Part shown: one piece after another, positions 11,412 to 25,129 of the stretch
Layout of the letters: every line of letters starts with the position of its first letter
How positions within the stretch are numbered: the first letter of the stretch is position 1
Source: Eledone cirrhosa
Taxonomy: Eukaryota
NCBI GenBank assembly: GCA_964016885.1
Contig: OZ024751.1
Location: forward strand, 50,468,001-50,532,000
Direction: 5' to 3'
Length of the DNA stretch: 64,000 nt
The notes under the pieces: generated by a model
What the model was told of the DNA's origin: nothing
The model's input: the letters and a program-made list of their open reading frames with translations, nothing else
Databases searched by the model: none
Made by a program: the position numbers and the translations under genes

Positions 11412-12072
11412 TAGCAGATGTACCCGGCATTGCTCGGGAAATGAATGACAGCCTGTTTGTCCGTATAAAGAGAGCCAAAGGTTGAGCAAAGAATTGAATG
11501 TAATTGCAAAAAAAAGTTTAACAAAATGGGTGTACAGTGACATGATTGAGTGAAATAAACGGCAACATAAAAACAATTCATGGGGTAGCTTGAGTTAATT
11601 GACGTGAGTAACGTCGTGCTATCAAGCGTATTTCTCACAGGAATATGCACGGTATATGTTCAGTCATGTTGACTAATGTTAGTTGCATAGTCCAATTAGA
11701 AATCACGACCTTCAATCGGGCGGATTGTTCAAGGTCGTTTATGGCTTAACTAGCAATTTCTGAGTGCATGTCAGCTTATGTCAGCTAATAGGCTAGCCAA
11801 TGAGAGGTCGCCTCAATAGCACGTGCCAAATCGGCCTAGTACTTCAAAAGTTAAAAGGAGCCTAGTATTTGTACACACAGATACACACACAAAATCTGTT
11901 TTTCGGCCCCAACATCGTTTTTGTCCAAAACCTGCTCTGGCATAAAAGCAACATGTGTGCCCAATTTGGTTGAAATCGGCCTAGTACTTCAAAAGTTAAA
12001 AGGAGCCTAGTATTTGTACACAGACAGACAGACAGACACACACACAGACTGACTTGCTTTTATATATATAGA
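11411..12072 (-). mobile_element. Non-autonomous Helitron
   Basis: Minus strand starts TCTATATATATAAAA and ends CCCGAGCAATGCCGGG (hairpin)-TACATCTG-CTAG|T; internal ~55-bp direct repeat at 11828 and 11973; (GACA)n tract; inserted in (TA)n. Confidence 0.85.
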
Positions 12073-12073
12073 C

Positions 12074-12406
12074 GGAGGCACATGGCTTAGTGGTTAGAGC
12101 ATTGGCCTTGCAATCGAAAGGTTGTGAGTTCAATTCTCAGACCGGGTGACGTGTTGTTTCCTTGAGCAAGACACTTTATTTCATGTTGCTCCAGTTTACT
12201 CAGCTGTAGAAATGAGATGATAGGGACTGGGGTCACTATCATTCCACTGCAAAGTGATCGTGTAGGTGCCACGGCAAAAAAGCACCCAGCACTCACTGTA
12301 AATGAGGTTGGTGTTAGGAAGGGCATCCAGTTGTAGAAATCAAGCCAGAATCAGTTCCCGTCCCACCCTTGCAAGCAGGGAAAAAGCGGACGTAAAATGA
12401 AATGAA
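12074..12406 (+). mobile_element. SINE family B, full length
   Basis: Near-identical to the 6201 copy; abuts the Helitron 5' end. Confidence 0.96.
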
Positions 12407-13509
12407 ATATATATATATATATATATATATAAAACGATGGAAGTGTGGTAAGGAACCAGGTGGACCATAATGCACCAGAGTACTCGATACTTAGGGTAGT
12501 AAAGTGGATAATAGGAAAAGAATCAGGACCCTGATGGCTGAGCTCCGGCCGTTTGGACAGCTAGATCTGACATGCATACAACATAGTTTACTCTCTAAAG
12601 TGGTTGGTGTGAGGCCAAAAATAGATGAGAGAGATATTGTCCCCCCAGCTCATCTCTGAATTAAGGCCTCATTATCTGTGATGACCTGTCCAACCCTAAG
12701 TGGACCAGGGTCTTAAAACCAGCCCAAGCACCACATCACCTGTCAGGTAAGACCAATGTTTATTAATAGGTTTGTCAGGTGTTTTTCTACATAGCCCAGC
12801 AATCAACTTTGAATTACCCAAAGGGACACATGGTCAGTCTGTGTTCAACCCATACCAGCATTGGGAAGAGATAAAAAAATGATGATGATGGTGGTGATGA
12901 TACCGATGGTAATAATGGTGGTGATGATGATGATGATGATGATAGTGATGATGATTTGTGTCTTGGAAACATGATTGCCAGTTGCTTGGCATTTCATCAG
13001 TTACAATATTGATTAGTATTAAATTGATTATTTCTGCTTGACATGGTGGTGGTGAAGTCAGTGGTAGTAGTGTAGAAAAAGAGGGGTAGAGTATGTTGTC
13101 TTTATATGGTGGTGGCAACTTCAGTGGTAGTGGTGTAGAGAGAGGGGGATGAAGTTTACTGTTTTGACATGGTGGTGGTGGTAGAGAGAAGGGTAGAGTG
13201 CGATGTTGTAACCTTCATTGTTTTCCTAGATATTAACAAGATTTGTGATAATGAGTTGTTGAATAAAATAATGAAAGCAGCTACGTTTAGTAATTATAAC
13301 TGGTTTGTGAAGTGGACTCTGTGTGTGTGTATATGTGTGAGTGTCTGTGTGTGTGTGTGTACGGGGTTGTTTCAATGTCGCAGGTGTCAAACATTACAAA
13401 TGATCAGGTGGTGGTGGTGGTGGTGGTGGCGGTGGCGGTTGCTACTGCTGCTAAGAGAAAGGGTTTCAAGTGTGGTGTGTGTGTCCGTGTTCCCATGTGC
13501 CCAAATCCA

Positions 13510-13925
13510 CTCAGATGGCAACATAGAGTTCTACCTGTAATTCAAAGAGCCAGTCATGTCTCACCCTGTGTTACACTGAATCTCCCTGAGAATTACGTTA
13601 AAAGGTACATTCATCTGCGGAATGCTCAGCCACTTGCGCATTAACCCTTTAGCATCTAAACCGGCCTTATCTGGCCAGTATTCTCTCACCTCTTTCTGCT
13701 CAAACTGACTGTAACTGGCCACTCATACTGATGTTAAGGTATTGTTCTCAAAATAAATAATATCAAAATCTCATTATATTCGATATTATGAGAGATAAAG
13801 CGTTTACCCTGAAAATACAATAGTAAATCTAAAGTAATGTAAATGCTTAAGGGTTAATTTCACGAGCAGGCTGTTCTGTTGTTCAAATAGCTGGTGCCCT
13901 CACTATGGGAACCAGTGAAGGTCCA
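13510..13925 (+). mobile_element. Third SINE-like element (3' part) split by a MITE
   Basis: CTACCTGTAATTCAAAG...GCTCAGCCACTTGCGCA[TTAA]TTTCACGAGCAGGCTGTTC; family identity is from recall. Confidence 0.6.
13641..13857 (+). mobile_element. piggyBac-type MITE with TTAA duplication
   Basis: TTAA-CCCTTTAGCATCTA...TAAATGCTTAAGGG-TTAA. Confidence 0.93.
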
Positions 13926-14004
13926 ACACACATACAGTTTCCACTGAGGTGAGGGTTAGTTACAATAGCTTTACTGTTTAATGTAGTGTAACATCAAACA
14001 GACT

Positions 14005-14175
14005 CTGAGTTGTTGAATAAAATATTGGGAGGTTGGTTCACTATCATAAACACATCTGCACTCTTCTACTATATGTGTGAGTGTGTGTGTGTATATATAC
14101 ACACACAGTAGTAGACTGCAGATGTTGTGTTTATGATAGTGAGCCAGCCTCCCTACATTTTATCCAACAACCCAG
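14005..14175. repeat. ~170-bp foldback inverted repeat
   Basis: CTGAGTTGTTGAATAAAATATTGGGAGGTTGGTTCACTATCATAAACACATCTGCA pairs with TGCAGATGTTGTGTTTATGATAGTGAGCCAGCCTCCCTACATTTTATCCAACAACCCAG around a TG/TA/CA palindromic centre. Confidence 0.92.
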
Positions 14176-14182
14176 TCACATA

Positions 14183-14225
<43 letters not shown>

Positions 14226-14398
14226 CTGTGGATGTGGTGTGAAGGCCAAAGTTAATTATAACTGATAATTTCTGTCTATTTTAAGGCTAACAACAATAAC
14301 TACAACACCAACAAGAACATCTACACCTATAACACCACAATCATCTACAATAATAACCAATAACTACAACACCACCACCACCACCGCCATCATCTACA

Positions 14399-14575
14399 AT
14401 AATTGTTTCTACTTTTGGCACAAGGCCAGCAATTACCCACTATAATTACTGGTACTTTATTTTATCGACCCCGTAAGGATGAAAGGCAAAGTTAATCTTG
14501 GCGGGATTTGAACTCAGATCGTAAAGGGACTTAACTACGCTGGAAAGCATGTCTAACCCCTCTACCGATACTGCC
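14399..14575 (-). mobile_element. SINE family A
   Basis: Reverse complement of the family A body. Confidence 0.93.
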
Positions 14576-15185
14576 AACAAGAATATCTACACCTATACCA
14601 CCACCACCACCAAGAATATCTACACCTATACCACCACCACCAAGAATATCTACACCTATACCACCACCACCACCACCACCAATAATAACTACAACACCAC
14701 CACCAACAATAACTCCAACCCTACCACCAGTCACCACCATCTCTACCATCACCACACCACCACCTCCATCACACCACCATCTTCACTACCACCAGTCAAA
14801 ACAACCACCACCACACTACCATCACCACCACACTACAATCTCCACCACCACCACACAACCATCTCCACTATCACCACCATTACCAGTCACGACACCACCA
14901 CCATCACCACACCACCGTCTCTACAACCACCATCACCACCACCAGTCACCACACCACCACCACTCCCACACCACCACCACCATCACCACCACCACACCAG
15001 TCACCACCATCTCCACAACACCACCACCACCATCACCACACCACCATCTCCACAACCACCACACCAGTCACCACCACCACCATCACTAACCATCACCACC
15101 ACCACCTTCATTATCAACCTCACCACCGCCACACCTCCACACCTCCCACCACCACCATCACCATCTCCACAACCACCTCTAACAA
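14575..15185. repeat. Low-complexity CAC-rich region
   Basis: Direct reading. Confidence 0.9.
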
Positions 15186-15544
15186 CAACATTTACAACAG
15201 AATCTGCCAAATCATATTTGGATGTTTAAGTGTGGGTTCTTCTGTTCTGTTCCAGCAACAGCAGCTAATGTTGTTGTTACTGTTGTTGCGGTCTATAGTA
15301 GCTCCAACACCCCCACCACCCCTTATCTACCCCTCCACCCCCACCCATACACTTCTGATTATTCAAATTATATATTTTTAGATCTACTTTAGGTCTGAAT
15401 TTCATTTAATAATTCACTAGTTGTCTTTTGGGGGGGGTTTGTTTTGTTTTTTTCAATGCCTTACCCTGCCCCCACAACTTCACACACCTCACTGCACACT
15501 CCTCCCAGTCCACATATATCACCTCGCACTCCTCCAAACCTTAC

Positions 15545-16830
15545 ACAGCCACCACACCACACCACCTCCACAACCACCACACCACCTCCACAGCCACCAC
15601 ACCACCTCCACAACCACGACACCACCTCCACAGCCACCACACCACCTCCACAGCCACCACACCACCTCCACAACCACGACACCACCTCCACAGCCACCAC
15701 ACCACTTCCACAGCCACCACACCACTTCCACAGCCACCACACCACTTCCACAGCCACCACACCACCTCCACAGCCACCACACCACCTCCACAGCCACCAC
15801 ACCGCCTCCACAGCCACCACACCACCTCCACAACCACCACACCACCTCCACGTCCATCACACCACCTCCACAGCAACCACACCACACCACCTCCACAGCA
15901 ACCACACCACCTCCACAGCCACCACACCACCTCCACAACCACCACACCACCTCCACAACCACCACACCACATCCACAGCCACCACACCGCCTCCACAGCC
16001 ACCACACCACCTCCACAACCACCACACCACCTCCACGTCCATCACACCACCTCCACAGCAACCACACCACACCACCTCCACAGCCACCACACCACCTCCA
16101 CAGCCACCACACCGCCTCCACAGCCACCACACCACCTCCACAACCACCACACCACCTCCACGTCCATCACACCACCTCCACAGCAACCACACCACACCAC
16201 CTCCACAGCAACCACACCACCTCCACAGCCACCACACCACCTCCACAGCCACCACACCACCTCCACAGCCACCACACCACCTCCACAGCCACCACACCGC
16301 CTCCACAGCCACCACACCACCTCCACAACCACCACACCACCTCCACATCCATCACACCACCTCCACAGCCACCACACCACACCACACCACCTCCACAGCA
16401 ACCACACCACCTCCACAGCCACCACACCACCTCCACAACCACCACACCACCTCCACAACCACCACACCACATCCACAACTACCACACCACCTCCACAACT
16501 ACCACACCACCTCCACAACTACCACACCACCTCCACAACTACCACACCACCTCCACAACTACCACACCACCTCCACAACTACCACACCACCTCCACAACT
16601 ACCACACCACCTCCACAACCACCACACCACCTCCACAACCACCACACCACCTCCACAGCCACCACACCACTTCCACAGCCACCACACCACCTCCACAGCC
16701 ACCACACCACCTCTACAGCCACCACACCACCTCCACAGCCACCACACCACCTCTACAGCAACGACACCTGCTCCACAGCCACCACACCACCTCCACAGCC
16801 ACCACACCACCTCCACAGCCACCACACCAC
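15545..16830. repeat. 20-bp minisatellite (CACAGCCACCACACCACCTC), ~63 copies
   Basis: Direct reading; variant blocks AACC, AACT and GTCCATC. Confidence 0.97.
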
Positions 16831-17107
16831 CCTTTATTCTCCCCAACCCTACACCCCCCAAACCCTGTACCTCCCATGGACACCACACCCAACCCGATAC
16901 CACCAATCCAACATTTACCACACTCTCTCCCCAACCCTACATCTCCCCCCACAGCTATCACCCCTACAATCTCCACCACCCTACACCACCCCATACTCCA
17001 CCCCCACAACAGCCCTACACCACCACCCCTCCACACACCCATTCTCTATCAAAGGAAAACAGAATCTCATTTTAAAATATCTGAATCATCATTATTTGTT
17101 GTGGTTA

Positions 17108-18455
17108 TCACCATCATTGTCATCATCACCATCACCATCACCACCACCATTACCATCACCACCATTACCATCACCATCATCACCACCACCACCACCACCA
17201 CCACCATCACCATCATCACCACCACCACCACCATCACCACCACCACCACCACCACCATCACCACCACCACCATCACCACCACCATCACCACCACCATCAC
17301 CACCACCATCATCATCACCACCATCACCACCATCATCATCACCACCACCACCATCACCACCACCACCATCACCATCACCATCATCACCACCACCATCACC
17401 ACCATAATAATCACCACCATCATCATCACCACCATCACCATCACCACCATCACCATCACCACCATCACCACCACCATCACCATCACCATTCACCATCACA
17501 CCACCATCACCATCACCATCATCACCATCATCACCACCACCATCACCACCATCATCATCACTACCATCACCACCACCATCACCATCACCACCACCATCAC
17601 CATCACCATCACCATCACCACCATCACCACCATCACCACCATCACCACCATCACCATCACCACCACCACCACCACCACCATCACCACCATCACCATCACA
17701 CCATCACCACCACCACCACCATCACCACCACCATCACCACCACCATCACCACCACCATCACCACCACCATCACCATCACCACCATCACCATCACCACCAT
17801 CACCATCACACCATCACCATCACCACCATCACCACCATCACCAGCACCATCACCACCATCACCACCACCATCACCATCACCACCATCACCACCATCACCA
17901 TCACCACCATCACCATCACCACCATCACCATCACCACCATCACCACCATCACCATCACCATCACCATCACAACCACCATCATCACCATCACCACCACAGC
18001 TACCATCACCATCATTAACATCACCACCACAGCTACCATCACCATCACCACCACCACCACCATCACCACCATCACCACCATCACCACCACCATCACCACC
18101 ATCACCATCACCACCATCACCACCACCACCACCATCACCACCATCACCACCATCACCACCACCATCACCACCATCACCATCACCACCATCACCATCACCA
18201 CCACCATCACCACCACCATCACCATCACCACCACCACCACCACCACCACCACCATCACCACCACCACCATTACCACCACCACCATCACCACCACCACCAT
18301 TACCACCACCACCATCACCACCATCACCACCATCACCACCATCACCACCACCACCATCATCACCATCACCACCACCACCACCACCACCACCATCACCACC
18401 ACCATCACCACCACCATCACCACCACCACCACCATCACCTTAATCATCATCATCA
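17108..18455. repeat. 1.35-kb (CAC/CAT)n microsatellite
   Basis: Direct reading. Confidence 0.98.
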
Positions 18456-18469
18456 TATTTTATTATTTT

Positions 18470-18630
18470 TTCGGGGTCGAAAGGCAAAGTCAACCTCGGC
18501 GGGATTTGATCTGAGTTCAAATCCCGCCGAGGTTAACTTTGCCTTTCATCCTTACGGGGTCGATAAAATAAAGTACCAGTAATGTACTGGGTAATTGCTG
18601 GCCTTGTGCCTAAAGTAGAAACAGTTATTT
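18470..18630 (+). mobile_element. 5'-truncated SINE A with a 5' inverted segment forming a hairpin
   Basis: 18479-18509 is the reverse complement of 18517-18547 (one mismatch). Confidence 0.92.
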
Positions 18631-18702
18631 TTTCATAGACTGTGTTGTTTAACCCTAGGCCAACTCTGATGAAGCAAACCTTTGATCAGTGACATTCCGT
18701 CC

Positions 18703-20755
18703 ATGTCTGTATGGTGCTGTGTATGTATATATATGTCTGTATGGTAGTGTATGTATATATGTCTATATGGTAGTGTATGTATATGTCTCTATATGTCTGT
18801 ATGGTAGTGTGTATATATGTCTGTATGGTAGTGTGTATATATGTCTGTATGGTAGTGTATGTATATATGTCTATATATGTCTGTATGGTACTGTATGTAT
18901 ATATATGTCTGTATGGTAGTGTGTATATATGTCTGTATGGTAGTGTATATATATGTCTCTATATGTCTGTATGGTAGTGTATGTATATATGTCTGTATAT
19001 GTATGTATGGTAGTGTATGTATATATATGTCTGTATGGTAGTGTATGTATATGTCTCTATATGTCTGTATGGTAGTGTATGTATATATGTCTATATGGTA
19101 GTGTGTATATATGTCTGTATGGTAGTGTGTATATATGTCTGTATGGTAGTGTATGTATATGTCTGTATGGTAGTGTATGTATATGTCTATATATGTCTGT
19201 ATGGTAGTGTATGTATATATGTCTGTATGGTAGTGTATGTATATATGTCTATATGGTAGTGTGTATATATGTCTGTATGGTAGTGTGTATATATGTCTGT
19301 ATGGTAGTGTATGTATATGTGTCTATATATGTCTGTATGGTAGTGTATGTATATGTCTCTATATGTCTGTATGGTAGTGTATGTATATATGTCTGTATGG
19401 TAGTGTATGTATATATGTCTATATATGCCTGTATGGTAGTGTATGTATATATGTCTATATATGTCTGTATGGTAGTGTATGTATATATGTCTATATATGT
19501 CTGTATGGTAGTGTATGTATATATGTCTATATATGTCTGTATGGTAGTGTGTATATATGTCTGTATGGTAGTGTATGTATATATGTCTATATATGTCTGT
19601 ATGGTAGTGTATGTATATATGTCTATATATGTCTGTATGGTAGTGTATGTATATATGTCTATATGGTGGTGTGTATATATGTCTGTATGGTAGTGTATGT
19701 ATATGTGTCTATATATGTCTATATGGTAGTGTGTATATATGTCTCTATATGTCTGTATGGTAGTGTATATATATGTCTATATATGTCTGTATGGTAATGT
19801 GTATATATGTCTGTATGGTAGTGTGTATATATGTCTGTATGGTAGTGTGTATATATGTCTGTATGGTAGTGTGTATATATGTCTGTATGGTAGTGTGTAT
19901 ATATGTCTGTATGGTAGTGTGTATATATGTCTATATATGTCTGTATGGTAGTGTATGTATATATGTCTGTATGGTAGTGTATGTATATATGTCTATATAT
20001 GTCTGTATGGTAGTGTATGTATATATGTCTATATATGTCTGTATGGTAGTGTATGTATATATGTCTGTATGGTAGTGTGTATATATGTCTATATATGTCT
20101 ATATGGTAGTGTATGTATATATGTCTATATGGTAGTGTATGTCTATATATCTGTATGGTAGTGTATGTATATGTGTCTATATATGTCTGTATGGTAGTGT
20201 GTATATATGTCTATATGTGTCTGTATGGTAGTGTATGTATATATGTCTATATATGTCTGTATGGTAGTGTATGTATATATGTCTATATATGTCTGTATGG
20301 TAGTGTGTATATATGTCTGTATGGTAGTGTATGTATATGTGTCTATATATGTATGTATGGTAGTGTACGTATATATGTCTATATATGTCTGTATGGTAGT
20401 GTGTGTATGTCTATATGTGTATGTATGACTATTTGGTATTGTAAGTATGTCTATATGGTAGTGTGTATGTATATATATATATCTATATGGTAGTGTGTGT
20501 ATGTATATATATATATCTATATGGTAGTGTGTGTATGTATGATAGTGTATGTCTATATGGTAGTGTGTATGTATGATAGTGTATGTCTATATGGTAGTGT
20601 AAATATATCTATTTGATGGTGTGATGGTATGTATGATAGTGTGTATGTATGGTGGTGTAAATATGTCTATTTGATGGTGTGATGGTATGTATGATAGTGT
20701 GTATGTATGGTGGTGTAAATATGTCTATTTGATGGTGTGATGGTATGTATGTCTG
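18703..20755. repeat. ~2-kb modular minisatellite (ATATATGTCTGTATGGTAGTGT with optional ATGT / ATATATGTCT modules)
   Basis: Direct reading; degenerates toward the right end. Confidence 0.97.
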
Positions 20756-21437
20756 TTAGAAACAGTTCATTATGTGTCATACTGTGTATATGTCTTGTTT
20801 TTTTACCTCCTCCCTCTTTCTACTATAACTTTACACTATCACTAATTCTAACTTCTATTCCCCCTCCCCTATCTATCATTAACACCCACTCCCCACCACC
20901 ATCATCATATTCTTATTCATCACATTTCATCACATTTCATTGAGGAAATTTATTTTCTTCACCCTGTTAGTTTGTAAGGCACCTAAACAAGTGTTTTTAA
21001 CTTCTCTACACTTTTATACACTTCTGTGTTCTTTACAATTCCATACAATTTTATCCAGTTATATGCAGTTTTATAGTTCTTTACAGTTTCCATACAGTGA
21101 TATGCAGTTTTATACTGTTTTTTATGGTTCCATACAGTTTTATACAGTTCTCTGCAATTTTATACTGTTCATTACAGTTTCCATACAGTTTTATAGTTCT
21201 ATGTAGTTGTATACTCTTCTTTACGGTTTCCATACAGTTCTATGCTGTTTTATACAGTTCTATGCTGTTTTATACAGTTCTATGCTGTTCTTTATAATCA
21301 ATTGCAATAGTGTGAATATTATGAATGATATTGCAATAAAAGGGTCCGTGCTCCAGTGACAGCTGTTGTTGGTAGGCCAGTGAAAGGTAACATCAAGCAT
21401 TAGTTCAGGCTTCGGGAGTTCAATCTTTGTGAGGTTT

Positions 21438-21480
21438 TCACTGTTTTTCATCCTTCCATGGGTTAAGACAAATATTATTT
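21438..21480 (-). CDS. Candidate terminal coding exon (R-NNICLNPWKDEKQ*)
   Basis: Strong acceptor TGTTTTCTGTTCTCTAACAG at 21481-21500; phase-2 reading is compatible with candidate exon 23258-23347. Confidence 0.45.
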
Positions 21481-22487
21481 CTGTTAGAGAACAGAAAACA
21501 ATGTACTTGAGATAAGTCCTTTGTAGGATGAACACCACTTTAGTTGCTGCTGCTACCATCATCACCACCACTACCACTACTGTCACCTCAACTACCACCA
21601 CTACTGTCACCTCATCTACCACTACCACCACTATGACCACTGTCTCCACCACCACCACCTCGACCAGTCGGCACCACTACCACTTTGACCACTGTCACTA
21701 CCTCGATACCACCACCACTTTGACCACTGTCACTACCTCGATACCACCACCACTGTGACCACTACTGTCAACTCCACTAAAGGACACCACCATCTCGGCC
21801 ACTGTCAACACCACCATCTCGACCACTGTCGGCACCACTACCACCTCCACCTCGACCACTGTCATCTCCTCCACTACCACCACTACTGTCACCTCCACTA
21901 CCACCACCACACCTCCACTGCCACCACCACCACCACATCCACCACCACCACCACCACTCCATCTCTACTCTCCAGTCACTACATCCTGTAGTCTTTTTCT
22001 CTTTCTTCTCAGGAAAGGAAAGAACAAATATTTTACAGCTTTACCAAGGCTTGGAGATTTATCCACATACATACACACACACACACATATATATATGTGT
22101 ATAGCTACATATATGATATAATACTATATATTCATTATACAGACACATATACATACATATATATCTATGGTTCCAGTTGTTCAATGGATTTATCTAAATT
22201 CTACAAACTATGTTTAGAGTCTTTTAGAGATAGTAGTGGTGCTATGCTAACACAGCTGAACGCAGTTGCGGTATGTTGAAAAAAAAAAAAAACCAAGCAT
22301 GAAAATATCTTGTTTGTTAATAGTTGTTAATTGTTGTATGAATTGTTTATGAGAGAAAGCACTTATGTGTGGATTAGACGTAACCAGCCTTCTCTCTATC
22401 AAATCCTACTCTTCTAATATGTTAAATGTATTGTTTAAGTTTTTATTAATTCCTTCCATTACATAACATTTAAGGTAGTGTATATTT

Positions 22488-22640
22488 GGCAGAGTTGTTA
22501 GAATGTCGGACATAATGTTTTGTGGTATTTGTTCCTGTCCTTATATGTTCCAAGCCTACTATGGTCAATTTTGCCTATTGTCCTTTAGGGTTCAATATAG
22601 ATATAGTACCAGTCAAGTACTGGGGTCAATTCTCTCTCCC
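22488..22640 (+). mobile_element. SINE family A, degenerate
   Basis: TGGCAGAGTTGTTAGAATGTCGGAC...GTACCAGTCAAGTACTGGGGTC. Confidence 0.75.
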
Positions 22641-22789
22641 CCCAAGGTATTGTTCTGAAAATAAATAATATCAAAATCTCATAGATTCGATATTAAATCA
22701 TGCCCCTTTACACTTTTCTGATTAACCATTTAGCATTTAAACCCCTCATTTCGATGGTTTCTGCCATGTCACTGTTGTTCAGCTTATGA

Positions 22790-23005
22790 TTAACCCTTTA
22801 GCATTTTTAAACTGGCCATATCCGGCCAGAATCCTCTCACCTCTTTCTGTTCAAACTGGTTGTAACCAGTCACTCATACTGATATTAAGGTATTGTTCTC
22901 AAAATAATATTAAAATCTCTTAGATTCGATATTGTGTGAGGTAAAGACTTTACTGCAAAAATACAATATAGTAAATATACAGTAATGTGAATGCTAAAGG
23001 GTTAA
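22790..23005 (+). mobile_element. piggyBac-type MITE (extra fragments at 22645-22742)
   Basis: TTAA-CCCTTTAGCATT...AATGCTAAAGGG-TTAA. Confidence 0.93.
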
Positions 23006-23257
23006 TCTGTGTTGGACAGACTTATGAGTAAATATGCTCCAGCTATGACCATGCAGTCTTTTGTTTTTGTTTCACATGTATAGTGTGTCTAGGATTGTTT
23101 TGTCCACTAAGTTCTCCTCAAACGACCTTGTCCACTACACAAGCCAATGAAGCAGCCTCTATGGAGTTACTTGACCTGCTAGAAATCACAGTCTTAAAAA
23201 AAAGAAAGGAACTCACAGGATAATGTAGTTCTAGATGTATATGTGAAATATGTTTAC

Positions 23258-23347
23258 CTGTCACTGCATTTGTAAAATCTACGGATGTGGTTCATAATCA
23301 GGGGTCTGTACACTCCTGGGGAGTCAGGAAAACTAGAACTAAGGTTC
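23258..23347 (-). CDS. Candidate 90-nt internal coding exon (NLSSSFPDSPGVYRPLIMNHIRRFYKCSD-R)
   Basis: Acceptor TTGACATTTTTAACTTCATTGCAG|G, donor CAG|GTAAAC; only phase 2 is open; unique sequence. Confidence 0.5.
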
Positions 23348-23499
23348 CTGCAATGAAGTTAAAAATGTCAAGTACTTTATTAAAAGCAATAATATGCACA
23401 CATTCCTGGGTATCTATTCTTTTTGAATATTGATCTTTCTATACTACTTGAAACTGCATTAGCAACACATTTTTAAAATGTCCAAAACAACACCATGTC

Positions 23500-23900
23500 A
23501 GTCTAACTATATATGTCTAACTCTATTGGTGTCTAACCTGTCTAACTCTGTATGTCTATTTATATTTGTCTAACCCTATCTGTCTATTTCTGTCTATCTA
23601 ACTCTATCTATATCTATTTGTGTCTGTCTATTTATGTCTAACTCTATTTATATCTGTCTACCTCTCTATGCCTATCTGTGTCTGTCTAACTCTATCTGTC
23701 TATTTATGACCATCTAACACTATATATCTATTTACGTCTGTCTAACTCTAAATATCTATTTATGTCCATCTAACTATATCTGTCTATTTATTTCTATCTA
23801 ACTATATCTGTCTATGTTTTTTTTTTTTATCTATGTCTTGACTATTTATAACTTTCTAACTATATCTGTCTTTCTATGTTTGTCTAACTCTGTCTATTTA
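23500..23900. repeat. Degenerate TCTA/TCTG/CTAACT low-complexity repeat
   Basis: Direct reading. Confidence 0.85.
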
Positions 23901-24069
23901 TCTCACAAATAGACATAGACATATGTCCCCGTATGATATCATTGGTCATCCTTGTTGGTCAAGCTCTGTACCTGTCAATTAATCAATTTATCACTGTGTT
24001 GTTTAATCAATCAGTCAGGCTGTGAATCCTTTGGCATGACTCTGTGTGTGTGTTTATAAATATATAAAT

Positions 24070-24110
<41 letters not shown>

Positions 24111-24708
24111 CACATATATACATACACATGTACACACACACAAACATATATGGTCAGTCTGTCTCTGTACATAAGCTGTCACTGTGTGTATACCTTGGCA
24201 TATTTATCTCGCTATCTCTATAAACCATCTGTTGGCCAGTCTCTCTTTCATGAATAACTTATGTAGGTTTATTTGGCCTCCTCTTGCAAGGTTACTTCAC
24301 ATAATAGGTTTATTGGGTATTTCAATAATGGTGTGGGGGTGGAGGTGGGGGGGGGGGGGGGGTGCAGTCTATCACAAATTGGGGGTCTTGCTCAAGAACA
24401 CAATATGCTGCCTGACAATGAGACAAGCAAAACAAATATAATAGATTTTCTCTTTTTATCTCCCATCCCACCCAAATTTGGTTTTTGTCCCATTTTCTTT
24501 TTCTTTTGATTTGTTTTACTTTAAAATTGGCAATGTTTTTGTTTTTTTGTTTAGTTTTATGTTATTTAATTTATTTATTTAAAGTTGTTATCTGTCACTT
24601 CGACATGTATCCTAGCAACCACTAGTGTGCACACCTGTGTGTGTGTTTCTCTATGTGTCTATATGTATGTGTATATATTTGTATGTACATATGTGATATA
24701 TGTATGTA

Positions 24709-24761
<53 letters not shown>

Positions 24762-24927
24762 TCGAAATGTTAAATACTTTTCCTACTATATCAAGTGTAA
24801 AACTAATAATTGTTTCTACTATTGGCACAAGGCCAGCAATTACCCAGTACATTACTGGTACTTTATTTTATCGACCATATTACATCATTGTATTGTGTCA
24901 TTTGCTTTGTTATTTCTGTTTGCCTTT

Positions 24928-24930
<3 letters not shown>
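24762..24930 (+). mobile_element. Penelope-like terminal repeat fragment interrupted by a SINE A fragment (~24807-24876, minus strand)
   Basis: TTTTCCTACTATATCAAGTGTAAAACTAATAA...TTTGCTTTGTTATTTCTGTTTGCCTTTTGCATATAT matches the reverse complement of 34630-34730. Confidence 0.75.
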
Positions 24931-24963
<33 letters not shown>

Positions 24964-25129
24964 CGGACGTAAAATGATGATGATGATATATATATATATA
25001 TATATATATATCTTTATGTATATATTATATATAGTGGTAGAACACTGGAAGGTAATATCCGTAGTGGTAGAGCACTCAGTCCATAGGATGAGTTAGGTAG
25101 AATGGACATGGTTATACGTATAACCATGT

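Noticed and set aside
15421-18456. 865/659/543-aa Pro/His/Thr-rich ORFs as mucin- or extensin-like genes
   Set aside because: Multiple frames on both strands are open simply because the 20-bp and CAC/CAT repeats lack stops, and the 20-bp unit is not a multiple of 3.
18666-18700. CTGATGA hammerhead core
   Set aside because: No downstream GAAA or helices; it lies within an unrelated dispersed repeat.
24194-24262. Minus-strand exon (IHERETGQQMVYRDSEINMPR) upstream of the 23347 candidate
   Set aside because: Donor and phase fit, but there is no credible acceptor before an in-frame stop.
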